This document shows positions 11,101 through 25,908 of a stretch of 64,000 nucleotides of DNA, one piece after another (position 1 is the first letter of the stretch; each line of letters starts with the position of its first letter). Under the pieces are notes generated by a model. It had not been told where the DNA came from and searched no databases. It saw nothing but the letters and a program-made list of their open reading frames with translations. The stretch is from the human T2T-CHM13v2.0 reference genome, Homo sapiens. Location of the stretch: the NCBI RefSeq assembly GCF_009914755.1, contig NC_060946.1; one strand, 5' to 3'. The position numbers and the translations under genes were made by a program.

Positions 11101-14100
11101 GTTTCCAACGAAATCCTCCAAGCTATCCAAATATCCACTTGCAGATTCCACAGAAAGACTGTTTCAAAACTGCTCTGTCAATAGAAAGGTTCAACTCTGT
11201 TAGCTGCGTGCATATATCCCAAAGAAGATTCTGAGATTGCTTCTGTCTAGTTTTTATGGGAAGATATTTCCCTTTTCACCGTAGGTGTCAAGGCGCTCCA
11301 AATGTCCACTTCCAGATACTACAAAAAGAGTGTTTCAAACCTACTCTGTGAAAAGGAATATTCAACTCTGTGACTTTAATGCACATATCACAAAGAAGTT
11401 TCTGAGAATGCTTCTGTCGAGATTTTATATGAAGATATTCCCGTTTCCAACGAAATCCTGAAATCTATCCAAATATCCCCTCGCAGATTCTACAAAAAGA
11501 GTGTTTCAAAACTGCTCTGTAAAAAGAAAGGTTCAACTCTGTTAGTTGAGTACACACATCACAAACAAGTTTCACAGAATGCTTCTTTCTAGCTTGTAGG
11601 GGAAGATATTCCCTTTATCACCATGGGCCTCCAACCGTCCGAAACGTCCACTTCCATATACTACAAAAAGAGCGTTTCAAACCTGCTCTATGAAAGGCAA
11701 TGTTCAACTCTGTGACTTGAATGCAGACATCACAGAGCAGTTTCTGAGAATGCTTCTGTCTAGATTTTATAGGAAGATATTCCCGTTTCCAACGAAATCT
11801 TCACAGCTATCCAAATATCCACTTGCAGATTCTACAAAAAGAGTGTATCAAAACTGCTCTGTCAAAAGGAAGGTTCTTCTCTGTTAGGTGAGTGCATACG
11901 TCATAAAGGAGTTTCTGAGAATGTTTCTGTCTAGTGGTTATGGGAAGATATTTGCTTTTTCACCGTAGGCCTCAGAGCGCTCCAAATATCCACTTGCACA
12001 TACTACAAAAAGAGTGCCTCAGAGCTGCTCTCTGAAACGGAATGTTCAACTCTATGAGTTGAATGCAAACATCACAAAGACGTTTCTGAGAATGCTTCTG
12101 TCTAGATTTGATATGAAGATATTCCCGTTTCCAACGAAATCTTCAAATCTATCCAAATGTCCACTTGCAGATTCAACAAAAAGTGTTTTTCAGAACTGCT
12201 CTATCAAAAGAAAGATCCACCTCTGTTAGCTGAGTTCACACATCACAAACAAGTTTATGAGAATGCTTCTGTCTAGTTTTTATTTGAAGATATTTCCTTT
12301 CTCACCATAGACCTGAAAGCTGTCCTAATGTTCACTTCCAGATACTACAGAAAGAGTGTTTCAAAACTGCTGTACGAAAGGGAATGTTCAACTCTGTGAC
12401 TTGAATGCACACATCACAAAGAAGTTTCTGAGGATGCTGCTGTCTACTTTTTATACGTAATCCCGTTTCCAACGAAATCCTCCAAGCTATCCAAATATCC
12501 ACTTGCAGATTCCACAGAAAGACTGTTTCAAAACTGCTCTGTCAATAGAAAGGTTCAACTCTGTTAGCTGCGTGCATATATCCCGAAGAAGATTCTGAGA
12601 TTCCTTCTGTCTAGTTTTTATGGGAAGATATTTCCCTTTTCACCGTAGGCGTCAAGGCGCTCCAAATGTCCACTTCCAGATACTACAAAAAGAGTGTTTC
12701 AAACCTACTCTGTGAAAGGGAATATTCAACTCTGTGACTTGAATGCACATATCACAAAGAAGTTTCTGAGAATGCTTCTGTCGAGATTTTATATGAAGAT
12801 ATTCCCGTTTCCAACGAAATCCTGAAATCTATCCAAATATCCCCTCGCAGATTCTACAAAAAGAGTGTTTCAAAACTGTTCTGTAAAAAGAAAGGTTCAA
12901 CTCTGTTAGTTGAGTACACACATCACAAACAAGTATCACAGAATGCTTCTTTCTAGCTTGTAGGGGAAGATATTCCCTTTATCACCATGGGCCTCAAACC
13001 GTCCGAAACGTCCACTTCCATATACTTCAAAAAGAGCGTTTCAAACCTGCTCTATGAAAGGCAATGTTCAACTCTGTGACTTGAATGCAGACATCACAGA
13101 GCTGTTTATGAGAATGCTTCTGTCTAGATTTTATAGGATGATATTCCCGTTTCCAACGAAATCTTCACAGCTATCCAAATATCCACTTGCAGATTCTACA
13201 AAAAGAGTGTATCCAAACTGCTCTGGCAAAAGGAAGGTTCTTCTCTGTTAAGTGAGTGCATACGTCATAAAGGAGTTTCTGAGAATGTTTCTGTCTAGTG
13301 GTTATGGGAAGATATTTGCTTTTTCACCGTAGGCCTCAGAGCGCTCCAAATATCCACTTGCACATACTACAAAAAGAGTGCCTCAAAGCTGCTCTCTGAA
13401 ATGGAATGTTCAACTCTATGAGTTGAATGCAAACATCACAAAGACGTTTCTGAGAATGCTTCTGTCTAGATTTGATATGAAGATATTCCCGTTTCCAACG
13501 AAATCTTCAAATCTATCCAAATGTCCACTTCTATAATCAACAAAAAGTGTTTTTCAGAACTGCTCTATCAAAAGAAAGATCCACCTCTGTTAGCTGAGTT
13601 CACACATCCAAACAAGTTTATGAGAATGCTTCTGTCTAGTTTTTATTTGAAGATATTTCCTTTCTCACCATAGACCTGAAAGCTGTCCTAATGTTCACTT
13701 CCAGATACTACAGAAAGAGTGTTTAAAAACTGCTGTACGAAAGGGAATGTTCAACTCTGTGACTTGAATGCACACATCACAAAGAAGTTTCTGAGGATGC
13801 TGCTGTCTACTTTTTATACGTAATCCCGTTTCCAACGAAATCCTCCAAGCTATCCAAATATCCACTTGCAGATTCCACAGAAAGACTGTTTCAAAACTGC
13901 TCTGTCAATAGAAAGGTTCAACTCTGTTAGCTGCGTGCATATATCCCAAAGAAGATTCTGAGATTGCTTCTGTCTAGTTTTTATGGGAAGATATTTCCCT
14001 TTTCACCGTAGGTGTCAAGGCGCTCCAAATGTCCACTTCCAGATACTACAAAAAGAGTGTTTCAAACCTACTCTGTGAAAAGGAATATTCAACTCTGTGA

Positions 14101-17100
14101 CTTTAATGCACATATCACAAAGAAGTTTCTGAGAATGCTTCTGTCGAGATTTTATATGAAGATATTCCCGTTTCCAACGAAATCCTGAAATCTATCCAAA
14201 TATCCCCTCGCAGATTCTACAAAAAGAGTGTTTCAAAACTGCTCTGTAAAAAGAAAGGTTCAACTCTGTTAGTTGAGTACACACATCACAAACAAGTTTC
14301 ACAGAATGCTTCTTTCTAGCTTGTAGGGGAAGATATTCCCTTTATCACCATGGGCCTCCAACCGTCCGAAACGTCCACTTCCATATACTACAAAAAGAGC
14401 GTTTCAAACCTGCTCTATGAAAGGCAATGTTCAACTCTGTGACTTGAATGCAGACATCACAGAGCAGTTTCTGAGAATGCTTCTGTCTAGATTTTATAGG
14501 AAGATATTCCCGTTTCCAACGAAATCTTCACAGCTATCCAAATATCCACTTGCAGATTCTACAAAAAGAGTGTATCAAAACTGCTCTGTCAAAAGGAAGG
14601 TTCTTCTCTGTTAGGTGAGTGCATACGTCATAAAGGAGTTTCTGAGAATGTTTCTGTCTAGTGGTTATGGGAAGATATTTGCTTTTTCACCGTAGGCCTC
14701 AGAGCGCTCCAAATATCCACTTGCACATACTACAAAAAGAGTGCCTCAGAGCTGCTCTCTGAAACGGAATGTTCAACTCTATGAGTTGAATGCAAACATC
14801 ACAAAGACGTTTCTGAGAATGCTTCTGTCTAGATTTGATATGAAGATATTCCCGTTTCCAACGAAATCTTCAAATCTATCCAAATGTCCACTTGCAGATT
14901 CAACAAAAAGTGTTTTTCAGAACTGCTCTATCAAAAGAAAGATCCACCTCTGTTAGCTGAGTTCACACATCACAAACAAGTTTATGAGAATGCTTCTGTC
15001 TAGTTTTTATTTGAAGATATTTCCTTTCTCACCATAGACCTGAAAGCTGTCCTAATGTTCACTTCCAGATACTACAGAAAGAGTGTTTCAAAACTGCTGT
15101 ACGAAAGGGAATGTTCAACTCTGTGACTTGAATGCACACATCACAAAGAAGTTTCTGAGGATGCTGCTGTCTACTTTTTATACGTAATCCCGTTTCCAAC
15201 GAAATCCTCCAAGCTATCCAAATATCCACTTGCAGATTCCACAGAAAGACTGTTTCAAAACTGCTCTGTCAATAGAAAGGTTCAACTCTGTTAGCTGCGT
15301 GCATATATCCCGAAGAAGATTCTGAGATTCCTTCTGTCTAGTTTTTATGGGAAGATATTTCCCTTTTCACCGTAGGCGTCAAGGCGCTCCAAATGTCCAC
15401 TTCCAGATACTACAAAAAGAGTGTTTCAAACCTACTCTGTGAAAGGGAATATTCAACTCTGTGACTTGAATGCACATATCACAAAGAAGTTTCTGAGAAT
15501 GCTTCTGTCGAGATTTTATATGAAGATATTCCCGTTTCCAACGAAATCCTGAAATCTATCCAAATATCCCCTCGCAGATTCTACAAAAAGAGTGTTTCAA
15601 AACTGTTCTGTAAAAAGAAAGGTTCAACTCTGTTAGTTGAGTACACACATCACAAACAAGTATCACAGAATGCTTCTTTCTAGCTTGTAGGGGAAGATAT
15701 TCCCTTTATCACCAGGGGCCTCAAACCGTCCGAAACGTCCACTTCCATATACTTCAAAAAGAGCGTTTCAAACCTGCTCTATGAAAGGCAATGTTCAACT
15801 CTGTGACTTGAATGCAGACATCACAGAGCTGTTTATGAGAATGCTTCTGTCTAGATTTTATAGGATGATATTCCCGTTTCCAACGAAATCTTCACAGCTA
15901 TCCAAATATCCACTTGCAGATTCTACAAAAAGAGTGTATCCAAACTGCTCTGGCAAAAGGAAGGTTCTTCTCTGTTAAGTGAGTGCATACGTCATAAAGG
16001 AGTTTCTGAGAATGTTTCTGTCTAGTGGTTATGGGAAGATATTTGCTTTTTCACCGTAGGCCTCAGAGCGCTCCAAATATCCACTTGCACATACTACAAA
16101 AAGAGTGCCTCAAAGCTGCTCTCTGAAATGGAATGTTCAACTCTATGAGTTGAATGCAAACATCACAAAGACGTTTCTGAGAATGCTTCTGTCTAGATTT
16201 GATATGAAGATATTCCCGTTTCCAACGAAATCTTCAAATCTATCCAAATGTCCACTTCTATAATCAACAAAAAGTGTTTTTCAGAACTGCTCTATCAAAA
16301 GAAAGATCCACCTCTGTTAGCTGAGTTCACACATCCAAACAAGTTTATGAGAATGCTTCTGTCTAGTTTTTATTTGAAGATATTTCCTTTCTCACCATAG
16401 ACCTGAAAGCTGTCCTAATGTTCACTTCCAGATACTACAGAAAGAGTGTTTAAAAACTGCTGTACGAAAGGGAATGTTCAACTCTGTGACTTGAATGCAC
16501 ACATCACAAAGAAGTTTCTGAGGATGCTGCTGTCTACTTTTTATACGTAATCCCGTTTCCAACGAAATCCTCCAAGCTATCCAAATATCCACTTGCAGAT
16601 TCCACAGAAAGACTGTTTCAAAACTGCTCTGTCAATAGAAAGGTTCAACTCTGTTAGCTGCGTGCATATATCCCAAAGAAGATTCTGAGATTGCTTCTGT
16701 CTAGTTTTTATGGGAAGATATTTCCCTTTTCACCGTAGGTGTCAAGGCGCTCCAAATGTCCACTTCCAGATACTACAAAAAGAGTGTTTCAAACCTACTC
16801 TGTGAAAAGGAATATTCAACTCTGTGACTTTAATGCACATATCACAAAGAAGTTTCTGAGAATGCTTCTGTCGAGATTTTATATGAAGATATTCCCGTTT
16901 CCAACGAAATCCTGAAATCTATCCAAATATCCCCTCGCAGATTCTACAAAAAGAGTGTTTCAAAACTGCTCTGTAAAAAGAAAGGTTCAACTCTGTTAGT
17001 TGAGTACACACATCACAAACAAGTTTCACAGAATGCTTCTTTCTAGCTTGTAGGGGAAGATATTCCCTTTATCACCATGGGCCTCCAACCGTCCGAAACG

Positions 17101-20100
17101 TCCACTTCCATATACTACAAAAAGAGCGTTTCAAACCTGCTCTATGAAAGGCAATGTTCAACTCTGTGACTTGAATGCAGACATCACAGAGCAGTTTCTG
17201 AGAATGCTTCTGTCTAGATTTTATAGGAAGATATTCCCGTTTCCAACGAAATCTTCACAGCTATCCAAATATCCACTTGCAGATTCTACAAAAAGAGTGT
17301 ATCAAAACTGCTCTGTCAAAAGGAAGGTTCTTCTCTGTTAGGTGAGTGCATACGTCATAAAGGAGTTTCTGAGAATGTTTCTGTCTAGTGGTTATGGGAA
17401 GATATTTGCTTTTTCACCGTAGGCCTCAGAGCGCTCCAAATATCCACTTGCACATACTACAAAAAGAGTGCCTCAGAGCTGCTCTCTGAAACGGAATGTT
17501 CAACTCTATGAGTTGAATGCAAACATCACAAAGACGTTTCTGAGAATGCTTCTGTCTAGATTTGATATGAAGATATTCCCGTTTCCAACGAAATCTTCAA
17601 ATCTATCCAAATGTCCACTTGCAGATTCAACAAAAAGTGTTTTTCAGAACTGCTCTATCAAAAGAAAGATCCACCTCTGTTAGCTGAGTTCACACATCAC
17701 AAACAAGTTTATGAGAATGCTTCTGTCTAGTTTTTATTTGAAGATATTTCCTTTCTCACCATAGACCTGAAAGCTGTCCTAATGTTCACTTCCAGATACT
17801 ACAGAAAGAGTGTTTCAAAACTGCTGTACGAAAGGGAATGTTCAACTCTGTGACTTGAATGCACACATCACAAAGAAGTTTCTGAGGATGCTGCTGTCTA
17901 CTTTTTATACGTAATCCCGTTTCCAACGAAATCCTCCAAGCTATCCAAATATCCACTTGCAGATTCCACAGAAAGACTGTTTCAAAACTGCTCTGTCAAT
18001 AGAAAGGTTCAACTCTGTTAGCTGCGTGCATATATCCCGAAGAAGATTCTGAGATTCCTTCTGTCTAGTTTTTATGGGAAGATATTTCCCTTTTCACCGT
18101 AGGCGTCAAGGCGCTCCAAATGTCCACTTCCAGATACTACAAAAAGAGTGTTTCAAACCTACTCTGTGAAAGGGAATATTCAACTCTGTGACTTGAATGC
18201 ACATATCACAAAGAAGTTTCTGAGAATGCTTCTGTCGAGATTTTATATGAAGATATTCCCGTTTCCAACGAAATCCTGAAATCTATCCAAATATCCCCTC
18301 GCAGATTCTACAAAAAGAGTGTTTCAAAACTGTTCTGTAAAAAGAAAGGTTCAACTCTGTTAGTTGAGTACACACATCACAAACAAGTATCACAGAATGC
18401 TTCTTTCTAGCTTGTAGGGGAAGATATTCCCTTTATCACCATGGGCCTCAAACCGTCCGAAACGTCCACTTCCATATACTTCAAAAAGAGCGTTTCAAAC
18501 CTGCTCTATGAAAGGCAATGTTCAACTCTGTGACTTGAATGCAGACATCACAGAGCTGTTTATGAGAATGCTTCTGTCTAGATTTTATAGGATGATATTC
18601 CCGTTTCCAACGAAATCTTCACAGCTATCCAAATATCCACTTGCAGATTCTACAAAAAGAGTGTATCCAAACTGCTCTGGCAAAAGGAAGGTTCTTCTCT
18701 GTTAAGTGAGTGCATACGTCATAAAGGAGTTTCTGAGAATGTTTCTGTCTAGTGGTTATGGGAAGATATTTGCTTTTTCACCATAGGCCTCAGAGCGCTC
18801 CAAATATCCACTTGCACATACTACAAAAAGAGTGCCTCAAAGCTGCTCTCTGAAATGGAATGTTCAACTCTATGAGTTGAATGCAAACATCACAAAGACG
18901 TTTCTGAGAATGCTTCTGTCTAGATTTGATATGAAGATATTCCCGTTTCCAACGAAATCTTCAAATCTATCCAAATGTCCACTTCTATAATCAACAAAAA
19001 GTGTTTTTCAGAACTGCTCTATCAAAAGAAAGATCCACCTCTGTTAGCTGAGTTCACACATCCAAACAAGTTTATGAGAATGCTTCTGTCTAGTTTTTAT
19101 TTGAAGATATTTCCTTTCTCACCATAGACCTGAAAGCTGTCCTAATGTTCACTTCCAGATACTACAGAAAGAGTGTTTAAAAACTGCTGTACGAAAGGGA
19201 ATGTTCAACTCTGTGACTTGAATGCACACATCACAAAGAAGTTTCTGAGGATGCTGCTGTCTACTTTTTATACGTAATCCCGTTTCCAACGAAATCCTCC
19301 AAGCTATCCAAATATCCACTTGCAGATTCCACAGAAAGACTGTTTCAAAACTGCTCTGTCAATAGAAAGGTTCAACTCTGTTAGCTGCGTGCATATATCC
19401 CAAAGAAGATTCTGAGATTGCTTCTGTCTAGTTTTTATGGGAAGATATTTCCCTTTTCACCGTAGGTGTCAAGGCGCTCCAAATGTCCACTTCCAGATAC
19501 TACAAAAAGAGTGTTTCAAACCTACTCTGTGAAAAGGAATATTCAACTCTGTGACTTTAATGCACATATCACAAAGAAGTTTCTGAGAATGCTTCTGTCG
19601 AGATTTTATATGAAGATATTCCCGTTTCCAACGAAATCCTGAAATCTATCCAAATATCCCCTCGCAGATTCTACAAAAAGAGTGTTTCAAAACTGCTCTG
19701 TAAAAAGAAAGGTTCAACTCTGTTAGTTGAGTACACACATCACAAACAAGTTTCACAGAATGCTTCTTTCTAGCTTGTAGGGGAAGATATTCCCTTTATC
19801 ACCATGGGCCTCCAACCGTCCGAAACGTCCACTTCCATATACTACAAAAAGAGCGTTTCAAACCTGCTCTATGAAAGGCAATGTTCAACTCTGTGACTTG
19901 AATGCAGACATCACAGAGCAGTTTCTGAGAATGCTTCTGTCTAGATTTTATAGGAAGATATTCCCGTTTCCAACGAAATCTTCACAGCTATCCAAATATC
20001 CACTTGCAGATTCTACAAAAAGAGTGTATCAAAACTGCTCTGTCAAAAGGAAGGTTCTTCTCTGTTAGGTGAGTGCATACGTCATAAAGGAGTTTCTGAG

Positions 20101-23100
20101 AATGTTTCTGTCTAGTGGTTATGGGAAGATATTTGCTTTTTCACCGTAGGCCTCAGAGCGCTCCAAATATCCACTTGCACATACTACAAAAAGAGTGCCT
20201 CAGAGCTGCTCTCTGAAACGGAATGTTCAACTCTATGAGTTGAATGCAAACATCACAAAGACGTTTCTGAGAATGCTTCTGTCTAGATTTGATATGAAGA
20301 TATTCCCGTTTCCAACGAAATCTTCAAATCTATCCAAATGTCCACTTGCAGATTCAACAAAAAGTGTTTTTCAGAACTGCTCTATCAAAAGAAAGATCCA
20401 CCTCTGTTAGCTGAGTTCACACATCACAAACAAGTTTATGAGAATGCTTCTGTCTAGTTTTTATTTGAAGATATTTCCTTTCTCACCATAGACCTGAAAG
20501 CTGTCCTAATGTTCACTTCCAGATACTACAGAAAGAGTGTTTCAAAACTGCTGTACGAAAGGGAATGTTCAACTCTGTGACTTGAATGCACACATCACAA
20601 AGAAGTTTCTGAGGATGCTGCTGTCTACTTTTTATACGTAATCCCGTTTCCAACGAAATCCTCCAAGCTATCCAAATATCCACTTGCAGATTCCACAGAA
20701 AGACTGTTTCAAAACTGCTCTGTCAATAGAAAGGTTCAACTCTGTTAGCTGCGTGCATATATCCCGAAGAAGATTCTGAGATTCCTTCTGTCTAGTTTTT
20801 ATGGGAAGATATTTCCCTTTTCACCGTAGGCGTCAAGGCGCTCCAAATGTCCACTTCCAGATACTACAAAAAGAGTGTTTCAAACCTACTCTGTGAAAGG
20901 GAATATTCAACTCTGTGACTTGAATGCACATATCACAAAGAAGTTTCTGAGAATGCTTCTGTCGAGATTTTATATGAAGATATTCCCGTTTCCAACGAAA
21001 TCCTGAAATCTATCCAAATATCCCCTCGCAGATTCTACAAAAAGAGTGTTTCAAAACTGTTCTGTAAAAAGAAAGGTTCAACTCTGTTAGTTGAGTACAC
21101 ACATCACAAACAAGTATCACAGAATGCTTCTTTCTAGCTTGTAGGGGAAGATATTCCCTTTATCACCATGGGCCTCAAACCGTCCGAAACGTCCACTTCC
21201 ATATACTTCAAAAAGAGCGTTTCAAACCTGCTCTATGAAAGGCAATGTTCAACTCTGTGACTTGAATGCAGACATCACAGAGCTGTTTATGAGAATGCTT
21301 CTGTCTAGATTTTATAGGATGATATTCCCGTTTCCAACGAAATCTTCACAGCTATCCAAATATCCACTTGCAGATTCTACAAAAAGAGTGTATCCAAACT
21401 GCTCTGGCAAAAGGAAGGTTCTTCTCTGTTAAGTGAGTGCATACGTCATAAAGGAGTTTCTGAGAATGTTTCTGTCTAGTGGTTATGGGAAGATATTTGC
21501 TTTTTCACCGTAGGCCTCAGAGCGCTCCAAATATCCACTTGCACATACTACAAAAAGAGTGCCTCAAAGCTGCTCTCTGAAATGGAATGTTCAACTCTAT
21601 GAGTTGAATGCAAACATCACAAAGACGTTTCTGAGAATGCTTCTGTCTAGATTTGATATGAAGATATTCCCGTTTCCAACGAAATCTTCAAATCTATCCA
21701 AATGTCCACTTCTATAATCAACAAAAAGTGTTTTTCAGAACTGCTCTATCAAAAGAAAGATCCACCTCTGTTAGCTGAGTTCACACATCCAAACAAGTTT
21801 ATGAGAATGCTTCTGTCTAGTTTTTATTTGAAGATATTTCCTTTCTCACCATAGACCTGAAAGCTGTCCTAATGTTCACTTCCAGATACTACAGAAAGAG
21901 TGTTTAAAAACTGCTGTACGAAAGGGAATGTTCAACTCTGTGACTTGAATGCACACATCACAAAGAAGTTTCTGAGGATGCTGCTGTCTACTTTTTATAC
22001 GTAATCCCGTTTCCAACGAAATCCTCCAAGCTATCCAAATATCCACTTGCAGATTCCACAGAAAGACTGTTTCAAAACTGCTCTGTCAATAGAAAGGTTC
22101 AACTCTGTTAGCTGCGTGCATATATCCCAAAGAAGATTCTGAGATTGCTTCTGTCTAGTTTTTATGGGAAGATATTTCCCTTTTCACCGTAGGTGTCAAG
22201 GCGCTCCAAATGTCCACTTCCAGATACTACAAAAAGAGTGTTTCAAACCTACTCTGTGAAAAGGAATATTCAACTCTGTGACTTTAATGCACATATCACA
22301 AAGAAGTTTCTGAGAATGCTTCTGTCGAGATTTTATATGAAGATATTCCCGTTTCCAACGAAATCCTGAAATCTATCCAAATATCCCCTCGCAGATTCTA
22401 CAAAAAGAGTGTTTCAAAACTGCTCTGTAAAAAGAAAGGTTCAACTCTGTTAGTTGAGTACACACATCACAAACAAGTTTCACAGAATGCTTCTTTCTAG
22501 CTTGTAGGGGAAGATATTCCCTTTATCACCATGGGCCTCCAACCGTCCGAAACGTCCACTTCCATATACTACAAAAAGAGCGTTTCAAACCTGCTCTATG
22601 AAAGGCAATGTTCAACTCTGTGACTTGAATGCAGACATCACAGAGCAGTTTCTGAGAATGCTTCTGTCTAGATTTTATAGGAAGATATTCCCGTTTCCAA
22701 CGAAATCTTCACAGCTATCCAAATATCCACTTGCAGATTCTACAAAAAGAGTGTATCAAAACTGCTCTGTCAAAAGGAAGGTTCTTCTCTGTTAGGTGAG
22801 TGCATACGTCATAAAGGAGTTTCTGAGAATGTTTCTGTCTAGTGGTTATGGGAAGATATTTGCTTTTTCACCGTAGGCCTCAGAGCGCTCCAAATATCCA
22901 CTTGCACATACTACAAAAAGAGTGCCTCAGAGCTGCTCTCTGAAACGGAATGTTCAACTCTATGAGTTGAATGCAAACATCACAAAGACGTTTCTGAGAA
23001 TGCTTCTGTCTAGATTTGATATGAAGATATTCCCGTTTCCAACGAAATCTTCAAATCTATCCAAATGTCCACTTGCAGATTCAACAAAAAGTGTTTTTCA

Positions 23101-25908
23101 GAACTGCTCTATCAAAAGAAAGATCCACCTCTGTTAGCTGAGTTCACACATCACAAACAAGTTTATGAGAATGCTTCTGTCTAGTTTTTATTTGAAGATA
23201 TTTCCTTTCTCACCATAGACCTGAAAGCTGTCCTAATGTTCACTTCCAGATACTACAGAAAGAGTGTTTCAAAACTGCTGTACGAAAGGGAATGTTCAAC
23301 TCTGTGACTTGAATGCACACATCACAAAGAAGTTTCTGAGGATGCTGCTGTCTACTTTTTATACGTAATCCCGTTTCCAACGAAATCCTCCAAGCTATCC
23401 AAATATCCACTTGCAGATTCCACAGAAAGACTGTTTCAAAACTGCTCTGTCAATAGAAAGGTTCAACTCTGTTAGCTGCGTGCATATATCCCGAAGAAGA
23501 TTCTGAGATTCCTTCTGTCTAGTTTTTATGGGAAGATATTTCCCTTTTCACCGTAGGCGTCAAGGCGCTCCAAATGTCCACTTCCAGATACTACAAAAAG
23601 AGTGTTTCAAACCTACTCTGTGAAAGGGAATATTCAACTCTGTGACTTGAATGCACATATCACAAAGAAGTTTCTGAGAATGCTTCTGTCGAGATTTTAT
23701 ATGAAGATATTCCCGTTTCCAACGAAATCCTGAAATCTATCCAAATATCCCCTCGCAGATTCTACAAAAAGAGTGTTTCAAAACTGTTCTGTAAAAAGAA
23801 AGGTTCAACTCTGTTAGTTGAGTACACACATCACAAACAAGTATCACAGAATGCTTCTTTCTAGCTTGTAGGGGAAGATATTCCCTTTATCACCATGGGC
23901 CTCAAACCGTCCGAAACGTCCACTTCCATATACTTCAAAAAGAGCGTTTCAAACCTGCTCTATGAAAGGCAATGTTCAACTCTGTGACTTGAATGCAGAC
24001 ATCACAGAGCTGTTTATGAGAATGCTTCTGTCTAGATTTTATAGGATGATATTCCCGTTTCCAACGAAATCTTCACAGCTATCCAAATATCCACTTGCAG
24101 ATTCTACAAAAAGAGTGTATCCAAACTGCTCTGGCAAAAGGAAGGTTCTTCTCTGTTAAGTGAGTGCATACGTCATAAAGGAGTTTCTGAGAATGTTTCT
24201 GTCTAGTGGTTATGGGAAGATATTTGCTTTTTCACCGTAGGCCTCAGAGCGCTCCAAATATCCACTTGCACATACTACAAAAAGAGTGCCTCAAAGCTGC
24301 TCTCTGAAATGGAATGTTCAACTCTATGAGTTGAATGCAAACATCACAAAGACGTTTCTGAGAATGCTTCTGTCTAGATTTGATATGAAGATATTCCCGT
24401 TTCCAACGAAATCTTCAAATCTATCCAAATGTCCACTTCTATAATCAACAAAAAGTGTTTTTCAGAACTGCTCTATCAAAAGAAAGATCCACCTCTGTTA
24501 GCTGAGTTCACACATCCAAACAAGTTTATGAGAATGCTTCTGTCTAGTTTTTATTTGAAGATATTTCCTTTCTCACCATAGACCTGAAAGCTGTCCTAAT
24601 GTTCACTTCCAGATACTACAGAAAGAGTGTTTAAAAACTGCTGTACGAAAGGGAATGTTCAACTCTGTGACTTGAATGCACACATCACAAAGAAGTTTCT
24701 GAGGATGCTGCTGTCTACTTTTTATACGTAATCCCGTTTCCAACGAAATCCTCCAAGCTATCCAAATATCCACTTGCAGATTCCACAGAAAGACTGTTTC
24801 AAAACTGCTCTGTCAATAGAAAGGTTCAACTCTGTTAGCTGCGTGCATATATCCCAAAGAAGATTCTGAGATTGCTTCTGTCTAGTTTTTATGGGAAGAT
24901 ATTTCCCTTTTCACCGTAGGTGTCAAGGCGCTCCAAATGTCCACTTCCAGATACTACAAAAAGAGTGTTTCAAACCTACTCTGTGAAAAGGAATATTCAA
25001 CTCTGTGACTTTAATGCACATATCAAAAAGAAGTTTCTGAGAATGCTTCTGTCGAGATTTTATATGAAGATATTCCCGTTTCCAACGAAATCCTGAAATC
25101 TATCCAAATATCCCCTCGCAGATTCTACAAAAAGAGTGTTTCAAAACTGCTCTGTAAAAAGAAAGGTTCAACTCTGTTAGTTGAGTACACACATCACAAA
25201 CAAGTTTCACAGAATGCTTCTTTCTAGCTTGTAGGGGAAGATATTCCCTTTATCACCATGGGCCTCCAACCGTCCGAAACGTCCACTTCCATATACTACA
25301 AAAAGAGCGTTTCAAACCTGCTCTAGGAAAGGCAATGTTCAACTCTGTGACTTGAATGCAGACATCACAGAGCAGTTTCTGAGAATGCTTCTGTCTAGAT
25401 TTTATAGGAAGATATTCCCGTTTCCAACGAAATCTTCACAGCTATCCAAATATCCACTTGCAGATTCTACAAAAAGAGTGTATCAAAACTGCTCTGTCAA
25501 AAGGAAGGTTCTTCTCTGTTAGGTGAGTGCATACGTCATAAAGGAGTTTCTGAGAATGTTTCTGTCTAGTGGTTATGGGAAGATATTTGCTTTTTCACCG
25601 TAGGCCTCAGAGCGCTCCAAATATCCACTTGCACATACTACAAAAAGAGTGCCTCAAAGCTGCTCTTTGAAACGGAATGTTCAACTCTATGAGTTGAATG
25701 CAAACATCACAAAGACGTTTCTGAGAATGCTTCTGTCTAGATTTGATATGAAGATATTCCCGTTTCCAACGAAATCTTCAAATCTATCCAAATGTCCACT
25801 TGCAGATTCAACAAAAAGTGTTTTTCAGAACTGCTCTATCAAAAGAAAGATCCACATCTGTTAGCTGAGTTCACACATCACAAACAAGTTTATGAGAATG
25901 CTTCTGTC
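8183..25908 (-). repeat. A/B dimer block 1 (2727-bp period)
   Basis: B-type (1364 bp) and A-type (1363 bp) HORs alternate. A copies start at 9547, 12274, 15001, 17728, 20455 and 23182. The ORF-track variants show the same 2727-bp period. Confidence 0.92.
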